Shown: positions 1-13,388, counted from the stretch's first letter. The stretch: DNA of 64,000 nucleotides from Octopus bimaculoides (GCF_001194135.2 NC_068988.1:36316894-36380893), one strand, 5' to 3'. Notes: generated by a model from the sequence alone, not told the origin. A program made the numbers and translations.

Positions 1-82
1 TTGTATCTTAATTTCCAGGTCATTATATTTATTTGATTTGTCAAATTCTTTTATATATATATATATATATATAGGAAGGTGA

Positions 83-409
83 AATTTTAAGATTAAATCA
101 AATTGCACCTGTGCCTCGGAAAATCTAATCTATGCCATTACATACTTAGGGTGCAGTAATTACTATATTGGCCAAACAGGAAAATCACTCCGTAGAAGAA
201 CTACTCTCCACAAAGAACAAATCCGCCACCCACATTACAGACAGATACAGGTCAGTGGACACATAGAAAGGTGTGCGAGGAATCTTAATCCTAATTTCCT
301 AATATTTCCCTTCTATCAATGTTCACAGAACACATCAACACAACAAAGAATGAATAAAGAGGCAATTTTCATTAATAAATATCTTCCTCAACTAAATATA
401 AACACATAA
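83..409 (+). mobile_element. Penelope-like element (probably Neptune-type) 3' fragment: GIY-YIG endonuclease domain
   Basis: Stop-free frame without ATG: NFKIKSNCTCASENLIYAITYLGCSNYYIGQTGKSLRRRTTLHKEQIRHPHYRQIQVSGHIERC...RMNKEAIFINKYLPQLNINT*. Shows IY..YIG, Arg, Glu and terminal LN motifs. Begins right after a (TA)n tract. Confidence 0.9.
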
Positions 410-596
410 CATAATATAGAACACCACTAATCTTCCATTTAATATCACTAACCCCCATATATCCCATATACCATTCACACTACAAATCCAGATCTACCCT
501 AATTGCACCAAATCCAGAACTACTTACCTCCCTTACACATAATCTTTCTACTAAGGGACTAATAGACTTGACACCGCTCAGAATTCAGTGTATACT

Positions 597-636
597 CAAA
601 GCAATGACTAGTAATATTACGAAACCGGTATGTTTG
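597..636 (+). ncRNA. Decayed type I hammerhead-like motif in PLE 3' terminal region
   Basis: CAAA-GCAATGA-CTA-GTAATATTAC-GAAA-CCGG-TA-TGTTTG. Stem II palindrome, GAAA, palindromic stem III and GUA site are present, but the CUGAnGA box is corrupted. Confidence 0.45.
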
Positions 637-864
637 TAAATCTCTTTAACAACTCACAATAATGACTTTTATTACCTTTATTCCTATCTAATTGTATATA
701 TATATATAACGTTACTTTTCATAAAAAGAGTTACCATCTTTTTGATTTCCAATGTACATTTTCTCTTATTGTTCTGCTTACTTTCCCCTTACATTTCCAC
801 CTGTAGTTTCTATTTTGTTTTTTTTTAACATATTTCTATTATATATATATATATATATTTATCA

Positions 865-1040
865 GTGGGAGCACTTACATCTATTAGCCTACAAGCACTT
901 TCTTCCCTGTCTTTAATGATTATGTCTGGTAAAGTAATCTTGATCGTTCTGTCGGTGTTGACTGCTATTTCCCAGAAGATAGTAACATGTCAGCATTTCG
1001 ACCACAAGCTACAGAGAGTGATTGAATCGGTTGCTTGCAA
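865..1040 (-). mobile_element. R4/Dong non-LTR retrotransposon fragment (restriction-like endonuclease domain)
   Basis: Minus strand reads HVTIFWEIAVNTDRTIKITLPDIIIKDREESACRLIDVSAPT, matching the ILWD.xIxTD..I.xxRPDI..D......IIDV..P pattern. Confidence 0.75.
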
Positions 1041-1089
1041 AATCCTGTGGAATTTCCCAATTCTAATAGACCAGTTGCATTCGCACGAC

Positions 1090-1394
1090 AACTAGTATTT
1101 AGTAGCGGTGAACAACTGTGTTCAACTGTGAAAAATGTAAAAATCGAACCCATTATCGTTGTCACCTTGGGGACTGAACAGTTTGAAAAGATAATGAGAG
1201 GAACATAAAGGAATTGGGAATAGAGTGTCAGGCTCCGCTAGAATCCCCAGGAAAGTATTACATATTTGAAGAGAACAAGTAACGTGGTACCGCAGGTTGT
1301 AGGTAGCAAACTCGCTACTCATGCGAGATTCTAGCTGTCCCATCAAACCTTGAGATAAAAAATGTAATAATGATGATGATTATTATTATTATTA
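1090..1394 (+). mobile_element. Degenerate 3' end of an R4/Dong element with AAT/GAT-type tail
   Basis: VKIEPIIVVTLG-like remnant, 3' UTR-like stretch, then TAATAATGATGATGAT-TATTATT. Confidence 0.5.
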
Positions 1395-2370
1395 TTCCCA
1401 CAAAAGACACATTGGAATGTCACAGTTGCACCCACAAATATTTAAGTAACAAGAATAAAGAGTAAATGATTGAAAAATGAAATTACTACATGGGGAATAT
1501 TTCAGACAAATCGAAAGAAAAGATAATATCAACATTTGGGGATGGCTAACTAAAAGTGATCTGAAATAATGCACTGAGGCAAACATCGCTCAAGTTCCAA
1601 ATGGATAAGAATAGCGAATCATTCCCCCGTAGGATGTGCGGAAGCAAAACACGAAACAAATCTCACATATTGTGAGGGAGTATAGCCAGCTGGCCGAAAT
1701 GCACTACTAAAGGAGGCACAATGACGTAGCTAATTTTATCCGCTGGAGACTATGTGAAAAGTACGGTCTGAACAGAGCACGGAAATGGTACGAACATGAA
1801 CCAGACGGAGTCACTGAGAACAAGGAATAAAAGATACTGTGGAATTTTACAATCCAATATGACTCCTTAATCAAAATTTCCGAGAGCAGATATTGTTGTG
1901 GTAGATAAAGGAAAAAAAAAAAGGAAATCAGTATTATAGATATTGCAATACCTGGGGATGAATACATAATTGACAAAAACTAGAAATGATTGAAGAATAC
2001 ACGAAAAAGAAATAGCAAGAATGTAGACTATGAAGAAAGTGTCTGTCACTCCAGGAGTTGTAGGGGCACTCGGGACGCTAAGAACCAAGTTCGAGAAATA
2101 TGTCAGAGAAATCGGTATTGACATAAGCGCAGAGCAAGCCCAAAAACTTGCTCTGCAGGGAACAGCTAGGATTTTGAGATTGGTATTTGCATGTTGAATG
2201 TCTCTCACGGTAATTAAATAACCAAGTGTCAAAGCTTATAACGTGCGGAAAGAGAAACGGTGAGACCTCTAACAGCAGGCTGCAGCCCGTTGTTACATAA
2301 TCAACCAGAACAAAGAAGACCGAGCGTTCTGAGAAGTAAAAAAAAATTATGATGGTGATGATGATGATTC
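1395..2370 (+). mobile_element. R4/Dong non-LTR retrotransposon 3' fragment (CCHC knuckle + RLE + tail), pseudogenised
   Basis: Broken frames give KLLHGEYFRQ, RMCGSK...SHIV, RRHNDVANFIRWRLCEKYGL..WYEHEP, KILWNFTIQYD, RADIVVVDK..IIDIAIPGD, VVGALGT, QKLALQGTARILRLVFAC*. Tail (ATG/ATT)n at about 2345-2370. Confidence 0.9.
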
Positions 2371-2714
2371 CTCCTACACAGTGAAATGTCCCAGATGGAT
2401 ATTGAGTGAGCTGCAAATGAAATAGTCTGGCACTCATTTACGGGTGAGTTGGGAGGATTTTTAAGTGGCTTGTTCATAGACACCACCCACTGTTCTGTGC
2501 AGTAATCGAAGTCTTGGCCTTATGATTACGATCACTCCACCTTAACCATTAGATCACACAAACAGACACTAATGTACTGATTTGAAGAAATTTAGAAGAT
2601 GGGAACTAACGTATTCCACATCAGACGCATGGCAGCTTCATACCAATATTTAAAATATTGGAGTATTCAATATATACTACTCGCAAGACATATTGAACAC
2701 CATTAACTTATAAC

Positions 2715-3050
2715 TAATTTCGGCACAAAGGATTCGGAAGTGGGATTAATAGCTGGTCATTGTTTTATCGATCCCGAAAGTTGAAAGTCAAAATAGAATT
2801 TAGCGAGATTCGAATTCATTGGGATAACAATTACAAGGTTCACTAACGATCAAAGCGCGCGAGTAGAACTTCGTATAAGTAAAGAACAATTAAAAATTAG
2901 CAAAGCTATCTTGTTAGATCCTTTCAATGAAGCAGAGAGTAGCGCACCAGTTTTATTCCGAGGCTCAAATTACGAGATGTGAAAGCTGTAATGAAATGCA
3001 GAAAAGCATTCTGTCTGACGAGCTAGCGATTCTGCCGGTTTGCAAACTTA
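2715..3050 (+). mobile_element. Degenerate octopus SINE remnants
   Basis: TTTCGGCACAAAG...TTTTATCGATCCCGAAAG TTGAAAGTCAAAAT...GATTCGAATTC and ...AAGCATTCTGTCTGACGAGCTAGCGATTCTGCC resemble the recurrent octopus SINE body. Confidence 0.55.
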
Positions 3051-3819
3051 CGTATCCAATATTATGAGATTATTAAACCTGTATATACTTCACACAATTA
3101 ACAGCCAATAATATAACACAACCTAACCAAAAGGTTTTCTTTATATCGCTATTGGATTCTATGGCACAACACAGTCATACAGTGTGCAATAACTAACAAG
3201 AATTTAGACAATTTACGTTTAAATAATCGTCAAATGATAATCGAACACAACGTAATTTGTACGATTAATGAATACACTTGCTCCATTATATTTCGAGCAA
3301 AACTAAATGACAAAAAATATATTCCTCCTGAGTTATTCTAATGTGTTATTAATGTTGTTATTCACTTTGTTAGATGTATCTAACGCTTGATATAGCTATT
3401 AGAAAGAGCAGATGTCACTTAATATACATAGGGAAGCATTAACCTGAATTATTTATTATCGACGTTTCATTGACGGCATCATATGATGTGACGTAAATTG
3501 TCCAGCGTTTGACAGTTTCAGAAACCAATTTCATTATCGGTAATTGACAGTAGACAGATGTTTAGAGACTATGATTTCGAAAGTATAGACTCATTTGTTA
3601 GAAGATATGAGAACACATGCAAGATGTAGGTGAGTATATGGGGTTGACTATTTAATTATATTTTACCATTTACTTGTTTCACTCGTTGGGCTACGACCAT
3701 GCTTGAGTACCACATTGAATATTATACGTAAACAAATCGTAGTGAAAAATAAATTAGTACTTACTGCCTAATTCAGGTGAAGCATACAGGCTAAAGGGCG
3801 AAACGCTTATGAGCCTCCG

Positions 3820-3982
3820 CTACTTTCCGATGATGCGTCCCCGTAACTTAGTGGTTCGGCCAAAGAATCGGCACAATAAGTACTAGGCTTACAAAGAATA
3901 AGTCTTGGGGTCGATTTGTTCGACTAAAGATGGTACTCCAGTGTAGCCGCAGTCAAATGATTGAATCAATTATAAGAATATA
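3820..3982 (+). mobile_element. Octopus SINE 3' part
   Basis: CCCCGTAACTTAGTGGTTCGGCCAAAGA...ATAAGTACTAGGCTTACAAAGAATAAGTCTTGGGGTCGATTTGTTCGACTAAAG...GCCGCAGTCAAATGATTGAA; homologous to 19345-19560, 54095-54350 and 56180-56400. Confidence 0.85.
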
Positions 3983-4090
3983 TATTCTTTTATTTTCTGA
4001 TTTGTCTTTGTCATTTGACTGCAACCATAATGGAGCACCACCTTAAAGGATTTCAGTCGAAGAGATCGACCTCAGGGCTTATTCTATTTC
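3983..4090 (-). mobile_element. Octopus SINE 3' end, tail-to-tail with the preceding copy
   Basis: Reverse complement aligns with 3895-3980. Confidence 0.85.
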
Positions 4091-7000
4091 AACCATTACA
4101 CACACTGATTTCTGCTGGATTATGTTGTTTCTTTTGTATACTATTGACAGTTTAGTAAAAGCTGATAAAGATTGGTCCTTTTAGCTTGTGTTTTAGATTT
4201 TAAAAAATTATGATTGTCTGGCAGAAACTATTCTTTGTTAACAGTAATTGATCCGAAGTTTTACTCGCGAAATTCATGGACTAACTCACAGATATGGTGG
4301 AAAGATTAAGTTGTTTAAATTACGGAGATTGCACAAAGCCAGGTATGGATATCACGTCGATAATTACATCAAGCCCATTATTATATTAAGTTCATACTCA
4401 TGTAAGTTATATACCCATATAAATCTTTAGTCATGCTAATACCATAGTCTATAGAATACTGCTGGTTTAGAATGTCATGTCGCATACTTATATTTGTAAT
4501 TATAGATTGAGGCTCCACCATGTGCTGAGATTCTTACTATAATACAGAATCTCTCGTTGCTATATCTTTCTTCCACATGACATTTTGACGGAACTCTAAT
4601 TTCAGAACATCATTCATCATCTTCATTACGTTGCCGAGAAATAATTCAGATACATGAAGATTTGAAGTTTGACGTAAACGTACTTACGCCCGCTCTGAAA
4701 AATTAATTAACACAATGATTAGGATATTTGCTTTGGAAATTACACAAATACAAATGACAGGTTTGTGCATGATGAGTTCCCTGCCTAATATTAGGTGTAA
4801 AATTTGAAATCCCTAACTTGGCAGATTTCCAATACTATTGAGATAATTTTTGACGCGAAGTACATAGATTAACAATTTTTGTGGAGTCAAAAAGAATTTA
4901 ACCATTAACGGATTGTGAAGAGATCGAGTATATGAAATTAACTTCGATATGTCCATGTATCCAATTGTTCGCAATGTTCGTTATTATAATCAATCAAACT
5001 ATTCCTTCAATAAAGTATATCTAATAGATCTCCTCCACCTAGAAAAAGTCGAAATTATACTTTCTCGGGGGTCAATATAATACAATACTGGTGCAGGATG
5101 AATTTCCTTGAAACGTGATTCGGAGGGAACCAAACGTCTCATGTAATACATATATCCAAACGAACTTGCGTTTTTCATTTGAAGTTATTGATTTTAGATT
5201 GTAGTAATTATTTTGTATTTAAATAATTCGTGTATTTCAGAAAATTGCCTCTTAATCAACAAACGTTTTAAAATCTAATAACCATGCTGATATCTTAATT
5301 GTTGTTATGCTTTGTGGTTATTATAAAACTATATCTCAAAGTATCTAACGAAAACATGCAAATATACTTTGACAAGTAGGTTACAGAGAAGAGCCACGAA
5401 CACCGTACTGAATCTGTTCTCTGTTCTGAGGGTTGAATAGAATGAGGCGATTGTTTGAAGAAACAGGGAAGAGCAGTTCCCTTTGACATATTCATGATAA
5501 GTAGAGGAAAGCAATCGCTATGCCCATTCGCATATTTGTTAACTGAAGCATAGTTTCCGCCAAGCAAACATAAAACTTTGCACTAAATCTAAACGAAAAC
5601 CCATCAAATGTGATGTACCGGTGCCAGTTACCTGTCCGCTAAATACTGCATTAGGTTCCATAGATAACAAAATGGAGTGTAATGAAGTTAGATTTGAAAA
5701 ATTCGTTTAGGTGTTAAAGGTTCTGGGTGCAAATATAAAATTTTTTACGAACCAAGATTATTTTAAACAAGATCGTTTACTTAATCTTATTAAATATGAA
5801 TTTATGTCTTAAGAGATGCGACACACTTCATGATTGAAGAGAACTAAGTAGTTAACCAAAATTCCCAAGTGACTGTTAATCGACGTCTATATCTTACTTT
5901 TATTCTGCTTCAGATTTTATGGTTTGCTTTGCTATTACTAATGATGTCACAGTAGCCTAACCCTTCACAAATTATCCTCTTTTTCATATATAGTTTGATT
6001 GGCGGCATTGTGCTGGCAATTCGTAGGACGAACATCATTGGAAAGCTAGAGTATCTCAATTGTATTATAATTTAGTTAATGCTTGACAATTGTCAACTAT
6101 GCGCAAATATTCGCGATGAAGCACATGCGCTTTTAGCTTGAAACAATTCAGTAGAAGTTATTTCGATATCTCAGCTTTATTAGCATACTCACACAGTATG
6201 CAAGCAAAATTTAAGAATTTTCATTTTATTTTACATGACAGTGACCGCAAACCATCCACTCACTGGCTGACAACGTCATTTTGTATGCCAATAAATCTCT
6301 TGCCATATCCCCCACATATTTTAACCAAATGAGAAATTGTTATTTCGTATGAACTTTCCATATAGAGTTTCATGAACGAAATATCGATTGAAGCAATACG
6401 TAAAATCAATTCATGGGAAATCTAGTAACATTCTAATAGATTTCCAAATGTGGTTGCGACAAACTTAAAACGCAGATATTCTATAAAAATGGTTGGGAAA
6501 CTATTTGAGCAAAATTTGTTAGGTAATATCAATATATAAAAGAAAAGGGATAAGATATTTCATTACCCTTTGGAATTTGTTTCATAATGTAAAATATTTA
6601 GAGAAAGGGTCCCCGTTTTCAAAACAGAAGAACAGGAATATACAGGGAGTTTCAAGAAATGTGTTACAAGCAGGTCATTCTAGATTGTTTTGACTCGTCC
6701 CTCAAAATATTATTTTCTTCTCTCGGTACAAGGCCCGAAACTTTGGGGTAGGGTAAAGTCGATTAGGCAAGTTTCTTCTCGTGGGATTAAACCTGAAAGT
6801 ACGTGGTGGCAAAGTGGACTTCTTAAAAACACAGCCATACCCGTACTTAGTAAAATAAATTATATGTAGTGCGAGGTGTGGGGGTTCACGGCCTCATAAA
6901 AAAAGTGTCGTGCTCTACTGACTCATTGAGTCACGCACTTACAAAGAGCCTTCTCTTATAATCTATTAAAATGAATATATGTTGTTCAAATTCGGATAAA

Positions 7001-7488
7001 ATTCAAATACATGCGAATGAAGCAGGTATTTGTTATGCGATTCGTTTTAATCAATACATAATTTTTGCATAATATATAAGCTACATTTCTGTTGGTTTTG
7101 ATAAAGTTATGAAAAATAAAAGTAGTGTGTGTCAAAAGTGAAACGTGTGTATGTGTGTGTGTGTGTGGGGGATTGTTGTCGATAGTTTTCAAGTAATTAC
7201 TTTCAAATAAGGCTAAAAAGGTCAAATGACATTGAAACGTATTCTTCCTAAATAAATTATATTAACGCTAACGGATCCAGCCAGATATATATAAGCATTA
7301 AGATGCGAAAACAAATAAAACTTAAAAATAAATAAAAACATCTATACAGTTGTATATTCATACACTTAGTAATACACATACTTACATACATGTATATCAT
7401 GCAGAAACAGACAATTTAAATAATACGCATATACAAATAAATGTACGTATTCCAATACATAAACATATGTAACTATTGAAACATACAA

Positions 7489-7533
<45 letters not shown>

Positions 7534-8128
7534 CAAAGTAAACAATAGATTGTACGATGCACTGAATGAATAAATCAAAGGTAGGACAGAAAGAACACAA
7601 GTGGAAATCAACAAATCACAAGCGGAAAAATAGATGATAGCATAACAAACGGCAAACAGGGCAAAAACAAGCAACTGATTTCCTCTTCAGTCAGTGTCGC
7701 GAAAGTCCTTGCAATTTCATACTCCTTATCCGCGAGACTACTCGAATGCGGCGATTGCCGGGGATTTAAGCTAAAAGCGTTAACCCTCAGGGAAAGGGAA
7801 GTGAATGTATACAAACACACGAATAAGAACGGAAAAAAATGAGAAAGGTAGGATTATACATGTACAAAAGAACACTGTTCGGCTATAAAACAGAATGAAA
7901 ACATTTGTACATTTACGAATACAAATAAATAAATATCAGGAAGTGTCTGATGAAATAATAATGCAGGGGCAACAGAAAAAAGAATTATAAGTATACAATG
8001 GACAAACGCCTTTGGGCTATACAACAGCGTGAAGATAATTGTAAATTACAACATAAATAAATAACAAAGAGGATTTTTTGTCTATCAGACGAACGTAGTA
8101 AGTAGTAAGTTGGCTCAAAATGGAAATC

Positions 8129-8169
<41 letters not shown>

Positions 8170-8289
8170 AGCTGCGATGGGTATATTGTCGCCATTTTAT
8201 ATATTTAATTTTGCGCATGAGCATTGTTTATTTTGGATTTAATCGACTACACAGTATAGTATGGTCAAATGTGCGCAGTCTGTTAGAAA

Positions 8290-8620
8290 AACAGCACCAT
8301 AACGCAATTCACTGTACCAGAAATGTTAAAAAGACATGTCATACTGCTTGGTATTCGCACCAGAAGTCCCAATACGAATAGTTCACAGTATTTGGGTGTC
8401 ATTCTGAGGACATTGCGATCTGAGGACATGTACCGAGAGTGATAAAAATCAAGATCCAGTCAACATCATGGTGTTGGAGTGATTACTAGTAATGGCGACG
8501 TTATGCTTCCATTCATCTTCCTGCAAGGTCTCGCACTCAACACGGAGATCTTCATCAATTGGCTGGAGTAGGTAGTGCTCCTGGTCAAGAGGGTTGCTAT
8601 TCTTACAAAATATGAGTGCC
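8290..8620 (+). mobile_element. Tc1/mariner superfamily (DD37D/maT-like) transposase fragment
   Basis: ...PVNIMVxGVITSNGDVMLPFIFLQGLALNTEIFINWLE*VVL; similar to the element at 62913-63961. Confidence 0.75.
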
Positions 8621-8819
8621 TTATGAGGCACTCATATTTGATAATAATAGAACTAACTTGTCCATGAAAGAAATAAGAATTATACATACGACTAGAAAAA
8701 CAGTGATATTACATGAAGGTAAATGTTGGGCAAGGAAAGGTACACTGGACTGCTTCGATGTATAGATGTGCTCACAAAGCTCCGCAGAGGTAACCGACTT
8801 AGTTAGCATCTATGTATTA

Positions 8820-9800
8820 CATGAATTTAAAGAGGAATTTTCTGAATTGGAAGGCGGATTATACCACGACGACGCCGTATTCTTAGCAAGGAACATTTCA
8901 AACAGAAAATTGTAAAATTACAAAAGAAGACTACATACATTTTTTTAAGAAACTTCAACATTAATACTTCTATTTACCAAACATATCATAAACTTAACAC
9001 CATCATCATATATCCAAAAATGCAAACACTAACCATCTACATAATACTATAGCAAACCCTAGTACAAACATAGAAAAACGAATCAATTACCTATCTTCTA
9101 ACGGAGAAGAATTTGATAAGCACTAAGACTATTACAATATAGCACTTAAGAAAGTATGAAATTAAGTACAATAGTAACTGCAACATTACTAAGAATCATA
9201 TTAAAAATAATAACAAATAATAGTGTTATGACTTGAGACTTAGACACCTATAAATAAACAGTATATCCTCATAAGGAAAAAATAAAAAGTCTTAACAATA
9301 ATCATAAATATAGCAAACATATTAAGCAGGCCAATTATAATAATGAAAAAGTTAAACTACAGCATGATGAACATTATACCAGAAACAAAATTGAACAAGA
9401 AACATAATAATTATTACCATTCTTCTAATCATACAAAAGACAATAACCCGAAAAATAATGCTTTCGTAAATAACAACTATATAAATAAATATAAGAATAA
9501 AAACATAAAGCTAAGTAAAAAGAAAAATATGAATAGCCAGAGTACGACTATTAACAATAACGATAAGAATAATCACAACAATAAAATTAGTAATGATAAC
9601 AAAAACATAGTAAAAACATTAGTAAAAAAGAAATCAATACCATGTGTGAGAAAAAAATGATATTCAGACTCCAAATCAATGTTCAACCAAGGCAGACACA
9701 TATAAAATCACATGGATAATATTACATTTCGCTACATATTTAAAGGCAAACTTTATAAAATCTATAAGAAAGATTATTAATAAAAACACTAGTTACGCAA
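8820..9800 (+). mobile_element. Penelope-like element, decayed RT core/thumb with Asn/Lys-rich linker (includes ORF 9343-9660)
   Basis: GLYHDDAVF (8856-) matches the PLE GLYRDDGL motif; IEKRINYLSSNGEEFDKH*DYYNIALKK matches the thumb region; followed by a low-complexity N/K-rich ORF. Confidence 0.75.
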
Positions 9801-9819
9801 ATATATGTAATAATAAACA

Positions 9820-9862
9820 TATCAAATTCGAGTTTTCAGTTTCTCCAAACCTCTTCAGGATA
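9820..9862 (-). ncRNA. Compact type I hammerhead ribozyme-like motif (near-intact)
   Basis: Minus strand TATC-CTGAAGA-GGTTT(GGAG)AAACT-GAAA-AC(TCGA)AT-TT-GATA. Has a 4-bp stem I, 5-bp stem II and near-palindromic stem III with one mismatch; cleavage triplet reads UUU. Confidence 0.65.
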
Positions 9863-9969
9863 AAATCTTCATTTAAAAATAGAAAATAGGAAACTACATT
9901 TATTTTCTGAAAATAAATAAAAACACAAGCGTATGTGTATGTGCATATAGGTCTAGGTATGTGTATTTA

Positions 9970-10450
9970 TCTCATCTCATCTAGGTCGTCCCATAGGACG
10001 CCCGTATGAGAGGTTTCGGTTAGAAGACAGAAGATGCTGCTACACGTGGTCTCGCAGTTTCCATCTAACCAAGAATATTAGGGACTAAATTATTGTCTTG
10101 TATTCAAGATGCTCTGCATGACATCCTGCTAGTTCAAAACTAGGAATCTGATCTGGTAGGTCCTACCTATAATTAAATGCACGCCCTGCTGCCGACGCTT
10201 CAATTTATTGTCGTTAAGGTTTTGTCTGTCTCCTACCCTTCGACCTGTCTGGGCTAGTAAGACATGCCTGAAGATTTCTCTACGTCCACCATAGCCCTCC
10301 AGGTCTTATTTTTCGTCCCACAGGGTGTCCACTAGTCGCCCTCCTCACCAAGCAAGCTTGATGGGGTTGCAAGTTTAGTCGCCGACGATTGACCATGCGA
10401 CAGACTATATTGGATTACATGTTACCGATAGCGCTCAAGAGCGACCTGAC
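9970..10450 (-). mobile_element. Internally deleted RTE-group LINE derivative (5' leader + 3' end with GATGA-type tail)
   Basis: Minus strand starts GTCAGGTCGCTCTTGAGCGC..., homologous to 34334+, and ends ...GGGACGACCTAGATGAGATGAG. Confidence 0.65.
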
Positions 10451-10472
10451 TTACGTATGGATATATATATGA

Positions 10473-10522
<50 letters not shown>

Positions 10523-10601
10523 TTAGGTGTGTATGTGTGTTTATAGGTATGTATTCAAGTATGTTTTTACTTGTGCTCTTATGTGTATTCATATAAATAA
10601 T

Positions 10602-10663
<62 letters not shown>

Positions 10664-13259
10664 ATGTGTGTGTGTGTGTGTGTATATATGATTAAGAAAG
10701 AGGGAATGTCCAGTTATAATATACTCTAATCATATAAATAGGTTTTTTTTATATTTTTGTAGAATTTTTACAATGTATATATGTACATATGTACATTTAT
10801 ATGGGCATGTGTGCCTTTAGGCCGGTATATAAGCATTAATTTACTAGCATAAGTGTAAATATATGTGAGTATTGTGTGTATAAACGGTATATAGCAGGGT
10901 ATTGGTATGTATGGACGTTTTCGCACATACATCAAGGTCTGTATGTGTATCTGTATGTATAAATATTGTTGTTTCTATATGTTAGTATATATATATGTAT
11001 GTTTACGTAAGTATTTATTTGTATGTGTTTTTCTATGTACTAAAAGCGTGTGTATATGTATATCTGGCTGAACCGGTATGTATACGCATAAATTTATGTA
11101 TGTAAGACATAAAAATTTGATCGTACTTATTCATATATATCTGATGACAACCAATGTTTTTTATTTTTAAAGATATATGTACCACCTGATTTTTTCCATT
11201 AATCATTATCTCCCCTACATCACATCAAACTCATATACCTCTCTTCAGTTTTCTATGATAGATTTCCCTACAAATATATTGATATAAATAATGATTTTCA
11301 ATATTAACTAAAAAAAAAAAATATTTTATACTACTTTCTAGATGATTATATACGTTTAGCAGATGATAACGTAAGTAAACTCCCCCTCACCTTCAATTTT
11401 AGTTTTTAACCTTTAGTATCTACTCCACAACCTTCTTTATAAATTTTCTATACTCTGACTAGGTAATAAATTGCGAAATATACGCATTTTTTCTATGAAT
11501 ATAAGACCTATTATTTACAATAAATTATTTTATTAGAAATTTTATGAGCCTGAAATTATTAGTGATTACTATCAAACATTTTTTTCTAATTATTTATTAA
11601 GTCGTAATGACAATTGACACTTAAATATAAATGTATTTTTTTTTGTATTTGAAAATTCTGTACTTCCTTATTTGGATTTCCTATCCTAACAGTCTCACCA
11701 GTTATTTTACTTCCTTTACAGAAGTTTGAATAAGCACATATACAGAAGCTCATAGAGAGAATGTCAGCGTTTAATATTTCAATATTATTATATATATGTT
11801 AGCACCCAATTTATATTTCTTAGTATTGTTTAAAATAAACACGAATCCAAGAACAGGAACATATTATAACGTGATTATTAACATTAAACCTATGTACTTC
11901 TAACGTTTTTTTTCTTCAGTTTTTATTCAAGCTACCAACGAGTACTTCGTGACAACTCAGATAATTTATTATGATAATCTCTGTCTTTCTGTATGAAACA
12001 AATTGTATAGCAACATGAGTAATAAAACTATAATCCAATTTAACATCTAATCTCCCCCACTTACATAAATACGAATGAATGAATTTCAGGGACTGTGTTT
12101 AATAAGTTAAATCATATACTTAATACACACACACACACACACACACAAAGAAACGGCGAGAGAGGAACGGAGAGAGAAATAGTAGAGCTAGTCCTTCCCT
12201 ACTCTACATATCTACTAGTAGAACTATACATTTAATATGTCAGCTGCAGCACGAACACACACATAACCTTTACAGTAAGTAAATATCGTTCGTCACATAA
12301 ATCTATATGTCACTTCCTTCTTTAGAATTCAATTATTCTATACATCACTCCATTTTCAATATACTTTGAAGTTGCCACATCTATTTATGTCGAATTTAAT
12401 CTTGGATGACCTGTATAGAATTGGCAGTCTAAACTATTTCATTTTGATATTCCATAGTCTGTTTTTGCCTCTTCACCCTAACAATAATTTTAACCCACGG
12501 TTCTATACTCCAATGTTATTCTTGGTCTCCAGATATTTAGTTTATATACATTTAAATATTTAATTTCTTAACTACCTTCAATATAAATAATTTACACTCT
12601 TCATTCGCATATTCAAGCTTCGCAAGTGTCACAGCTTCACTTAATGGTTAAACTACGTGAAATATCAATCAGCACATAATCATAAAAATATGAAATATTT
12701 CATTGTTATTTTTAATATATTATATTTATTATATTTGTATATTTACTATATTTTTATATGTTTTATCTGTGTAGGTATAAATATTATTCTTTGGTATTAA
12801 CACTGCCTCTCCTGCAATTAATTTTCAATATGCCCACTTGTTATTCGGGGTACCACTACATCAATAGACACTGACATTCTATTACGGGAGATTAATGGAG
12901 GTCGCTGCTATCACTATCCACGGGCTGCTGCCATTGAGAAGGCCAAAGAAGATTTAAGTTAAGTGATTTTCAGATTCAGCGTCGATAACGGACGATTATT
13001 TCCTGCTAGCCATATAAACACGAGTTCTTATAGGCACGTGCGAGAATCTCTGATGATAAATATAGCACTAGCCTATATTCTATCAGAACTCCCACATTTA
13101 GGTGATTATACATATTCTATTTTGATATTAATACTGACTTTTTCGCTATAAATTACAAATCTATTATATATATGTATATATGCCTATAAATGTTACTTCG
13201 TGTGATTGTATGCGTATATGAATGTGCAAACACATACGTGGTCAATGCTTCTATGTTTG

Positions 13260-13308
<49 letters not shown>

Positions 13309-13344
13309 GTGTGTGCGTGTGTGTGTATATATATGAGTGTGTGC

Positions 13345-13388
<44 letters not shown>

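Noticed and set aside
3010-3040. CTGACGA box
   Set aside because: Lies in a SINE tail with no GAAA or stems.
5230-5570. Acceptor-like TTTCAG and two overlapping minus-strand ORFs
   Set aside because: All plus-strand frames close quickly; minus-strand peptides are unrecognisable.
13045-13090. CTGATGA followed by a hairpin
   Set aside because: Forms a plain stem-loop with no GAAA/NUH arrangement.
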